Origin: an uncultured Christensenella sp.
GTDB taxonomy: Bacteria > Bacillota > Clostridia > Christensenellales > DTU072
NCBI GenBank assembly: GCA_905210905.1
Contig: CAJLYQ010000001.1
Span: 4,664-68,663 of the forward strand
Reading direction: 5' to 3'
DNA length: 64,000 nt
A program made the translations under genes and the position numbers. Positions 57,552 through 64,000 of this stretch are shown piece after piece. The notes under the pieces were generated by a model, which ran no database searches, was not told the DNA's origin, and saw only the letters and a list, made by a program, of their open reading frames with translations. The stretch's first letter is position 1. The number at the start of each line of letters is the position of its first letter.

Positions 57552-58676
57552 TTGAAAATCGGATTTTATCGCATTTTAATGCCGCCTTTGATCGATTACG
57601 ACGTAAAAAATCCGTCTTTCGTATTGACCGCCGAACGAAACGAACTTACGATAGACTACGTAAACTCCGCTTTATCGAAGAAAATTTTCCATCCGACGAA
57701 ACTCAGGCTGCTCGGAATATACGGCGCGGAAGGGTTCTCGATGACTTTTTCGAACGATAACAAAACCGCGACCGTTGCTCTGGGCGGCGCGGATATGGGA
57801 AATCGCAACTCTACCTGGGCGGCAAAACCCGACGAAGTTTACGCATCGGTGACGGTGGTAAAACAAGACGGTGAAGTCGCAAACGAATATGCGATTAAAG
57901 GCAACGAATACTTCTCTTCCCTGACGCTAAGCAATCCGCAAATAACGCTCGAATACGGGTACAAAATACGAGTTTACACACAAAAACCCGAAAAAGTCGG
58001 CGTTTGGTCGCTTTTAACAAACCCGTCCGAAGAAATAACCGCTTATCGCACCGCAGATCAAACCACGGAATACGAAGTAACCGAAGACGGACTGAAAAAA
58101 CCAGGTGAAAAAGAGTTCTTTCCTGCAAAAATTTTGTACGAAACGATAAAAGACGAATGGATTAAAAAAATCGCCGATTACTCCGAAACGCTTACGGACA
58201 AACAAGCGAAAAACTTGCGTTTCGACACGAAAACAAAACGCGAAATATTGCGCATTTACGACAATCTTAACGAAGAAGACCGTATTCAGTTTTCCGATTT
58301 TTGCCAAAAAATCGGAAAAGGCAATCCGCCTGTCGTTACGCTTTTAACCAAACGGACGGAAATTTACGTCGGCGAAGAAATCGACTTGCTCGCCTTAATC
58401 TCGGCAAGCGATGTCGAAGATTTATATATCGACGTAACGAGCAATTCGGTTTCCGTAAATACTACTTTGGATAACCGCAAACAAGGAATTTACTCCGTAA
58501 CCTATACCGTAGTCGATTCGGACGGGAACGCTTCGAGCGCAACTCTCGAAGTGGAAGTTAAAGCAAAAATCAATCCGCCTTCCCCAGGCGAAGGCGACCC
58601 CGACAAACCGAACGGTCCCGGCGAAAACGAACCGAAAAACGATAATCCAGGCAACGAAACCAACAACGTAAATTAG
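57552..58676 (+). CDS. Continuation of the M60-like surface protein: carbohydrate/mucin-binding-like module, helical spacer, Ig-like domain and Pro/Asn-rich stalk
   Basis: The called start is TTG with no RBS, and this frame is already open from 57531. LRLLGIYGAEGFSMTFSNDNKTATVALGG...YASVTVVKQDGEVANEYAIKGNEY...LEYGYKIRVYTQKPEKV resembles the module found C-terminal to enhancin/M60 peptidases (from memory). A C-terminal Ig-like domain follows (GIYSVTYTVVDSDGNASSATLEVEV), then PPSPGEGDPDKPNGPGENEPKNDNPGNETNN. Confidence 0.6.
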   Translation: MKIGFYRILMPPLIDYDVKNPSFVLTAERNELTIDYVNSALSKKIFHPTKLRLLGIYGAEGFSMTFSNDNKTATVALGGADMGNRNSTWAAKPDEVYASVTVVKQDGEVANEYAIKGNEYFSSLTLSNPQITLEYGYKIRVYTQKPEKVGVWSLLTNPSEEITAYRTADQTTEYEVTEDGLKKPGEKEFFPAKILYETIKDEWIKKIADYSETLTDKQAKNLRFDTKTKREILRIYDNLNEEDRIQFSDFCQKIGKGNPPVVTLLTKRTEIYVGEEIDLLALISASDVEDLYIDVTSNSVSVNTTLDNRKQGIYSVTYTVVDSDGNASSATLEVEVKAKINPPSPGEGDPDKPNGPGENEPKNDNPGNETNNVN

Positions 58677-58780
58677 GCAAAACCGCAATTATCGGCATAG
58701 TTTCCGCCGCCGTTTTCGCCCTGATTTTCGCCGTATCCGCTATTATTTTCGTACGCAAAAAGAACCGCAAAAAGTCCTAA
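58646..58780 (+). other. Out-of-frame C-terminal membrane anchor remnant of the M60-like protein
   Basis: The frame shifted by +2 relative to the 57552 ORF reads SRQRNQQRKLGKTAIIGIVSAAVFALIFAVSAIIFVRKKNRKKS*. This is a hydrophobic TM helix plus a basic tail with no start codon of its own. It overlaps the stop of the preceding ORF (58674-58676). Confidence 0.6.
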
Positions 58781-58786
58781 CAGCGA

Positions 58787-59171
58787 GCAATGCCGAGCGG
58801 CAACGTGGGACGGCAACGCCGAGCGGCAACGTGGGACGTTGCATCCCTTTACGCAATAGATATATTACGCGTATAAGTCTATCACACGACACAATCAATT
58901 ACTTTTAATGCGAACAAAGGCACTTTGGACAAGTGCCGTGAGTGCCGCCCTTATGGGGAGCGAGCGAGGGGCAACGCCCCTGCGAACTTCGCTTTTAAGC
59001 AAAATGTGTCATTTTGCTTCCGTGGTAGTCCGACTCGTGCGTGATTAGATTTTGTCCGCACAAAGCAAAGCGACTGCCGCAAAATCCCGCACGACGTGTG
59101 GTCGGATAATGCCCCTCATCCGTCGGTTTTACCGACACCTTCCCCCCAAGGGGAAGGCTTTGTTTGGTCGG
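58787..59171 (+). repeat. Mosaic palindromic-unit intergenic repeat, copy D (subfamily C/D)
   Basis: Begins with four tandem 13-nt half-units (58787-58838) and continues with blocks shared with copy C. It contains gcaaaatg-tgt-cattttgc, gtcggt-ttt-accgac and ccttcccc-ccaa-ggggaagg, and ends at gtttggtcgg (59162-59171). Confidence 0.85.
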
Positions 59172-59230
59172 ATAATTGGCTTTATTTGAACATTAAAAGA
59201 AATCCGCATAACGATCGTCACGCAGATTTC

Positions 59231-59268
59231 AAACAAAACAACAAACAAGTAACGGCTCGTTACTTGTT
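59231..59268 (-). terminator. Rho-independent terminator downstream of the acyltransferase gene
   Basis: An 11-bp stem aacaagtaacg/cgttacttgtt (59244-59254 / 59258-59268) with loop gct. On the minus strand it is followed by gttgttttgtttg. Confidence 0.6.
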
Positions 59269-59327
59269 AAGTATTATAAGCGAATAATGTCTTTTTGTCA
59301 ACTACCGTGTCGAAATTTAAGACTAAA

Positions 59328-60077
59328 TCAATAATTTCCTTCGGGTTGGAAAGCACGGTCGTAAAACGTGAAGTGGTTAAATCCGTCAAGTTCGTTTTCG
59401 TCCGCTCTTCTCGTCCTTATCGGTTTTGCCGGAATACCTGCGACAAGGGTAAAATCTTCCACGCTTTTCTTCACTATCGCGCCGGTTGCGACGACTGCGC
59501 CTTTGCCGATCTTTACGCCGGGAAGTATGGTGCTTGCGGTATAAACCTTAGCGTACTCGCCTATTTCCACGGGAGAATACGTTCTTTCCATATGGTTGCT
59601 TTCCGAATGACCGTGGGTGAAAATTTTCGAGTACTCGGTTATCATCGAATAATCGCCGAATCTTACTCCGCCTTTGGAATCTATGTAACAGCAGTGGTTC
59701 CAAGTAACGAAGTCGCCTACTTCGATGTTCTTGCCGTAGTTAAACCTGCACCCTTCGTTGGCAATAAACCCTTCTCCGCAAGACTTAAAAAGATTTTTCG
59801 CAATCAAACTACGGAACGGTATCGCGAAAGCGCAGTTGATCCCTTGCGGCGTTCTGTCGATGACTTCCCAAAGGATATGGAGATTTCTTTCTTCTTTCGT
59901 GTACGGTTCTTCCACGCCCATCGGAAGATAATCTCCCCACAGTCTGAACCCTTCGATTTGTTCTTTGTCGAAATCTTTCACGCCGATTAAATCAAGCGTT
60001 TTTAACATATTTTCCGCGTCCAAACCTTGTTTAATCCACTTTTCCGCGTCCTTAATCATTCTTTCGTTTACGTCCAT
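59328..60077 (-). CDS. Hexapeptide-repeat (left-handed beta-helix) acyl/acetyltransferase
   Basis: 249 aa. The imperfect hexapeptide-repeat region is IEVGDFVTWNHCCYIDSKGGVRFGDYSMITEYSKIF...IGEYAKVYTASTILPGVKIGKGAVVATGAIVKKSVEDFTLVAGIPAKPI. Its start overlaps the 3' end of copA by 26 nt. Confidence 0.8.
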   Translation of the reverse strand: MDVNERMIKDAEKWIKQGLDAENMLKTLDLIGVKDFDKEQIEGFRLWGDYLPMGVEEPYTKEERNLHILWEVIDRTPQGINCAFAIPFRSLIAKNLFKSCGEGFIANEGCRFNYGKNIEVGDFVTWNHCCYIDSKGGVRFGDYSMITEYSKIFTHGHSESNHMERTYSPVEIGEYAKVYTASTILPGVKIGKGAVVATGAIVKKSVEDFTLVAGIPAKPIRTRRADENELDGFNHFTFYDRAFQPEGNY

Positions 60078-62391
60078 TTTTACCTTCTTTTCTTTTTTTA
60101 TTTGCTTTATCTCCGAGTTTAACCGTTCTTAATCTCAGAGCGTTGGTTACTACGCAAACGCTGCTTAAACTCATTGCCGCCGCGCCGATCATCGGGCTGA
60201 GCGCGACTTTGCAAAACGGATACAGCACGCCTGCCGCTACCGGAATTCCGATTGCGTTGTAAATAAACGCCCAAAAAAGGTTTTCCTTTATGTTGCGTAC
60301 CACCGCTTTGCTGAGTTTAACCGCGTCGGGAACGCATCTCAGGTCGTTCCTTACAAGCACTACGTCCGCACTTTCCACCGCAACGTCCGTGCCTGCGCCG
60401 ATAGCGATTCCTACGTCCGCTCCTGCAAGAGCGGGGGCGTCGTTTATTCCGTCGCCGACCATTGCGGTTTTGCCGCCGCTATATTTTATCTCTCTTATTT
60501 TCTTTTCTTTTTGGTCGGGCAGGACTCCGGCTACGACTTCGTCCACACCGACGGTTTTTGCCACCGCCTGCGCGGTAAGTTCGTTGTCCCCGGTCAGCAT
60601 CACGACTTTAAGTCCTTCTTTTTTCAGGCTCGCCACCGCCGCCGGGCTCGTTTGTTTTACCTTGTCCGCAACCGCTATTATTCCTATTATAGCACCTTTC
60701 TCTCCCACGAGTAAGGGGGTTTTGCCGTTTTTCGCAAGTTCTTTCCTTTTCTCGTCGGCGCCGTCGTTTTTCGCGCCGAATTTTTCGGCATAATCGGCGT
60801 TGCCGACGAAAAACTGCCTGCCGCCGACGTCGCCCGTAATTCCGAGTCCGAACGCCGCGTTAAAGTTTTCCGCTTCGTCAAGCCGTATTCCGCGCGTTTC
60901 ACACTCGTTTATCACCGCAAGAGCAAGCGGATGTTCGCTGCGCTTTTCCAGCGCGCCCGCTATTTTAAGGACTTCGTTTTCTTCGCAACCGAACGCAACC
61001 ACGTCCGTTACGGACGGTTTCCCTTCGGTAATCGTTCCCGTTTTGTCAAGCACCACCGTGTCCACAGATTTTAGCGTTTCCAACGCCTCGCCCGACTTAA
61101 TAAGAATACCGTTCTCCGCGCCCTTTCCCGTGCCTACCATTATCGCAACCGGCGTTGCAAGTCCGAGCGCGCACGGACAAGAAATAACCAGCACGCTTAT
61201 TCCCCTCGCCAAAGCGAATTCAAGTCCGTAACCGACGCTTAGCCAAACGATAAACGCAACCAGCGCAATACCCATTACCACCGGCACGAACACACCGGAT
61301 ATTTTGTCCGCAAGTTTGGCAATCGGCGCTTTCGCACTCGACGCCTCTTCCACGAGTTTTATTATCTTCGCTATCGTAGTGTCCTGCCCGACGTCGGTCG
61401 CTCTCGCCTTAACGAAACCCGAACCGTTGACCGAGGCGGATATGAGTTTGTCCCCTTCGGTTTTTTCCACCGGTATGCTTTCGCCGGTAACCGCCGACTC
61501 GTCGAAAGACGAATTCCCTTCGATAATAACTCCGTCCACCGCCACTCTTTCGCCCGGTCTGACTACGAAAATATCCCCAACCGCGACGTCTTTCGCCGCT
61601 ATCTCGACTTCCTTGCCGTCACGCTCGACAGTGACGGTTTCGGGTGCCAATTTCATAAGTTTGGTTATCGCTTCGCTTGTTTTTCCCTTAGAACGCGACT
61701 CAAGATACTTGCCTAAAGTAATAAGCGTGAGTATCGTGCCCGCCGACTCGAAATACAGGTCGTGACTGTACTTCATAACGAGTTCGTGATTGCCCGTACC
61801 AAGCCCCCTGCCGATACGGCAAAGCGCAAACAAACCGTACAAAACCGCCGCCGTCGCGCCGAGCGCAACCAGCGTGTCCATATTCGGACTGCGTCTGAAA
61901 AGGGAAACGTAACCGCGCCTGAAATACTTTTGATTAGCCACGAGTATAGGCGCGGTAAAAATAATCTGTACCACCGCAAGCGTAACCGCCGCCTCGTGCG
62001 AATACAACGCTTTGTCCAAAAAATCGGGTACGGGGACTTTTATCCAGTCGAGAAACATCTTCCCCATACTCACTATCATAAGCGGTATCCAAAAACATAT
62101 CGATACGATAAGCCGCGTCTTCATCGACTTCTGCTCCGCCGCCGCAAGGTTTTCCTTGCCGGCGCCTTCCGCGCTCTCTTCTTCGCCGCGCGCCTTCGCT
62201 CCGTACCCCGCCTTCTTTACCGCCGAAATTATCGCCTTAATCTTATCTTTTCCGTCCACTTCGCAAGTCATACTATTCGTAAGAAGATTAACGCTCACGT
62301 CCGTAACGCCGTCAAGCGCGGACACCGTCTTCTCTACCCTTGCGGAACACGCGGAACAACTCATTCCCGTCACGTCAAACCTGACTTTCAT
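60052..62391 (-). CDS. copA: Copper-translocating P1B-type ATPase
   Basis: 779 aa. N-terminal HMA domain GMSCSACSARVEK, then CPCALGLATP, DKTGTITEG and GDGINDAPAL. Confidence 0.95.
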   Translation of the reverse strand: MKVRFDVTGMSCSACSARVEKTVSALDGVTDVSVNLLTNSMTCEVDGKDKIKAIISAVKKAGYGAKARGEEESAEGAGKENLAAAEQKSMKTRLIVSICFWIPLMIVSMGKMFLDWIKVPVPDFLDKALYSHEAAVTLAVVQIIFTAPILVANQKYFRRGYVSLFRRSPNMDTLVALGATAAVLYGLFALCRIGRGLGTGNHELVMKYSHDLYFESAGTILTLITLGKYLESRSKGKTSEAITKLMKLAPETVTVERDGKEVEIAAKDVAVGDIFVVRPGERVAVDGVIIEGNSSFDESAVTGESIPVEKTEGDKLISASVNGSGFVKARATDVGQDTTIAKIIKLVEEASSAKAPIAKLADKISGVFVPVVMGIALVAFIVWLSVGYGLEFALARGISVLVISCPCALGLATPVAIMVGTGKGAENGILIKSGEALETLKSVDTVVLDKTGTITEGKPSVTDVVAFGCEENEVLKIAGALEKRSEHPLALAVINECETRGIRLDEAENFNAAFGLGITGDVGGRQFFVGNADYAEKFGAKNDGADEKRKELAKNGKTPLLVGEKGAIIGIIAVADKVKQTSPAAVASLKKEGLKVVMLTGDNELTAQAVAKTVGVDEVVAGVLPDQKEKKIREIKYSGGKTAMVGDGINDAPALAGADVGIAIGAGTDVAVESADVVLVRNDLRCVPDAVKLSKAVVRNIKENLFWAFIYNAIGIPVAAGVLYPFCKVALSPMIGAAAMSLSSVCVVTNALRLRTVKLGDKANKKRKEGKNGRKRKND

Positions 62392-62425
62392 AGTTCAAGT
62401 TCTCCTTTTTTTCGTCTGTACCTTA

Positions 62426-62453
62426 ATTATATCCGCTTAATAACCCTTTGTAA
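62426..62453 (-). promoter_or_regulatory. Candidate sigma-A-type promoter of copA
   Basis: Minus strand reads TTACAA (62453-62448), a 16-nt spacer, then TATAAT (62431-62426), about 35 nt upstream of the ATG. The RBS aaggag precedes the start. Confidence 0.45.
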
Positions 62454-62619
62454 AACGCTTGCCGCCATTTTTCGGTAAAAATATGAAAAATTTTTCGCAT
62501 TAGTCCGAACCGAAAGGTTATTCTCTTCTTCCGCCGTTCTTTATAAGGTAATATATTACAAACACCAAACCGAGTATCGTCATACTTACGATTTTAGCCG
62601 TTTCATAAATTTTATCAAC

Positions 62620-62646
62620 GAAAAACTGTCCTATAAAAAGGACAGT
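62620..62646 (-). terminator. Rho-independent terminator downstream of the membrane-flavodoxin gene
   Basis: Stem actgtcct/aggacagt (62625-62632 / 62639-62646) with loop ataaaa. On the minus strand a TTTTT run follows it. Confidence 0.6.
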
Positions 62647-62686
62647 TCGTTTGTGTTTTGCGTGTAAAAAAGCGAGCGAAAAAGAA

Positions 62687-63601
62687 TTATTTTTTCACTC
62701 TGCCGAACCGCATAACCACGCTTTTATAAGTTGAAGTAAAGGGCGACAGCAATTCGTCCGCTTCTTTTTTGATTTTTTCGAAAGGCGCGTTCATAAAATG
62801 GACGCTCACGTACTCGGCGTTTTTTATTTTTCCTTTCGCCTGCGCAAAAAACGAGCGCATCGGGGCGCACATATCGAACACCCACACGGGGAAACAGATC
62901 GTGACTTTTTCGTATGCGGCAAGGTCCACGCTTAATTCTTCTATCGGCATCGGCAGTTTTTGCGAGCCGAACCGACCGCACCACCAAAACCCTGAATCGC
63001 CGTTTATTCTCTCTTTCGTTTTTATTTCGTAAATCGCCGCTCCGCTCTCGTTTGCCGTTTCGTAAGCGAGTTTTTTCGTGTAACCCGTTCTCGAAAAGAA
63101 GACTACGAGTTCGTTTTTCGTCCCTACGTTTTTGTAGTCGTTTTCATTGAAAACGAACTCCGACTGTCGACTGCCGATATAGCACGCCGCGCCCGTCGCC
63201 GCCTGCATCAAGCCGAAAACGAAATACAAGGTGGACATTGCGTTTGTGGGGAAAATAACGAATTGTATCGTTATCCACGCCATCAGCGTCAAGCCGAAAA
63301 CTCCGCCAAAAATATAGCCGACTTTCTTTTTCGCAATCGTAAGAGCCGCCGCAACGAGATTCGTTATTCCGTTGACGACGATAAGCGCAATCCCCGGAAA
63401 AACGTAGTTTTGAAACAGTTTGTCGGCAAAGGGCAAAACCTGAAAATACGGCAACAACGCGTCCATTTTCATTATCTTTCCGCTCGGATCGACGAGCATA
63501 CATATTCCGCCGAGAAACGCCCCTATCGAGATGAACAGCGTCCAGAATATAAGCGCGCGACGGGATACGATCAGCCTTTTGCTTTCTTTTTTCGTTTCCA
63601 T
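62687..63601 (-). CDS. Membrane protein with a C-terminal flavodoxin-like domain
   Basis: 304 aa. About 4 N-terminal TM helices are followed by LVVFFSRTGYTKKLAYETANESGAAIYEI..., a flavodoxin-family start motif. Confidence 0.6.
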   Translation of the reverse strand: METKKESKRLIVSRRALIFWTLFISIGAFLGGICMLVDPSGKIMKMDALLPYFQVLPFADKLFQNYVFPGIALIVVNGITNLVAAALTIAKKKVGYIFGGVFGLTLMAWITIQFVIFPTNAMSTLYFVFGLMQAATGAACYIGSRQSEFVFNENDYKNVGTKNELVVFFSRTGYTKKLAYETANESGAAIYEIKTKERINGDSGFWWCGRFGSQKLPMPIEELSVDLAAYEKVTICFPVWVFDMCAPMRSFFAQAKGKIKNAEYVSVHFMNAPFEKIKKEADELLSPFTSTYKSVVMRFGRVKK

Positions 63602-63622
63602 TTTTATTACCGCTTGTTCCGT

Positions 63623-64000
63623 TTACTCTTCGGACGAAAACATTTCTTCCGCTTCTTCTTCGGTAAGCCCCATTAAAAGGTTTACCGTTTTTCTGAGTTC
63701 GTCCGTAACCGACGCGACCCACTCCGCGTCTTCGTGCAAAATAACGCTGCCTATTCCGTGCGACAGAAATATAGCCATCGCGTGAGCGTCCATTCTCGGC
63801 TTCGCGCCCTCTTCCACGAGTTTTACGATAATTCGCTCGATGTAAGGCTCGATAAGCGTAAGCGCGTGTTCCCGTATCGCCCAACGCACCGTCTTGTGCA
63901 TATTTTTTGCGTACTTTTCTCTGAACAGAATTACTTCGCGCTTCATATACGCGAAAAACTTAAACAAGGGTTTGTCCGGATTGCTCTCCGCTTCCGTCGC
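63623..64000 (-). CDS. Hypothetical protein, partial (5' end beyond the window); possibly the C-terminal domain of a TetR-like regulator
   Basis: The frame is open to the window edge (ATEAESNPDKPLFKFFAYMKREVILFREKY...). The sequence is helical with an acidic tail (EEEAEEMFSSEE). No HTH is visible in the window, so the function is a guess. Confidence 0.4.
   Translation of the reverse strand, partial: ATEAESNPDKPLFKFFAYMKREVILFREKYAKNMHKTVRWAIREHALTLIEPYIERIIVKLVEEGAKPRMDAHAMAIFLSHGIGSVILHEDAEWVASVTDELRKTVNLLMGLTEEEAEEMFSSEE

Noticed and set aside
60052-60077. The 26-nt overlap between the copA 3' end and the acyltransferase start as a possible mis-annotation or frameshift.
   Set aside because: Both ORFs are complete and each has full-length family motifs. 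Short overlaps are common in operons. An alternative downstream start for the acyltransferase cannot be excluded, but nothing suggests a fused gene.
62518-62583. 21-aa hydrophobic mini-ORF (MTILGLVFVIYYLIKNGGRRE) upstream of copA, reminiscent of small ATPase-associated peptides such as KdpF and FixS.
   Set aside because: It has no convincing RBS. It lies upstream of the predicted copA promoter and downstream of a terminator, so it has no obvious transcript. It is too short for any similarity claim.

Overview
This 64-kb window looks like a Bacillota (Clostridia-like) chromosome. The taxon call is an inference from the tilS-hpt-cca operon, GGAG-type ribosome-binding sites and lipobox lipoproteins. 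One uninterrupted minus-strand ORF (3378-40982; 37,605 nt) fills 59% of the window and encodes a 12,534-aa (~1.4 MDa) predicted lipoprotein in which I found no catalytic motif. By eye its architecture is as follows. (i) A signal peptide with a lipobox (Cys27) and a Pro-rich linker. (ii) At least 14 highly divergent copies of a beta-rich module ending in a ...Y[LVI]D[LF]..L....[IL]xLD....L[LF]GG-type signature. (iii) A ~2,300-aa Ala/Glu/Lys/Tyr-rich, apparently helical centre. (iv) Two hydrophobic helix islands. (v) A ~4,200-aa C-terminal array of beta-sandwich/Ig-like domains. There is no sortase signal, and no dedicated secretion or accessory genes lie next to it. It has a near-consensus sigma-A-type promoter. 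This gene is the main candidate for something undescribed. The second notable item is a family of 385-515-bp mosaic intergenic repeats with four copies in the window. Each copy is a string of short palindromic units, and compensatory stem substitutions between copies preserve pairing (BIME/REP-like). One copy supplies the last 15 codons and the stop of a cadA-type ATPase. Other genes are: a GH3 glycosidase (partial), a DUF2804-like protein, a LOG-like protein, a HAD hydrolase, an Ig-repeat membrane protein, an Fe-ADH, tilS, hpt, a CCA-adding enzyme, an HD hydrolase, and an amino-acid ABC transporter whose binding protein appears circularly permuted. Also present are an ArsR/HMA/CadA metal-efflux operon, an M60-like (HEXXH) surface peptidase locus split over three reading frames, a hexapeptide acyltransferase, copA, a membrane-flavodoxin fusion and a partial regulator-like ORF. 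No rRNA, tRNA, CRISPR array, transposase or phage genes were recognised. All sub-gene coordinates were mapped by hand.
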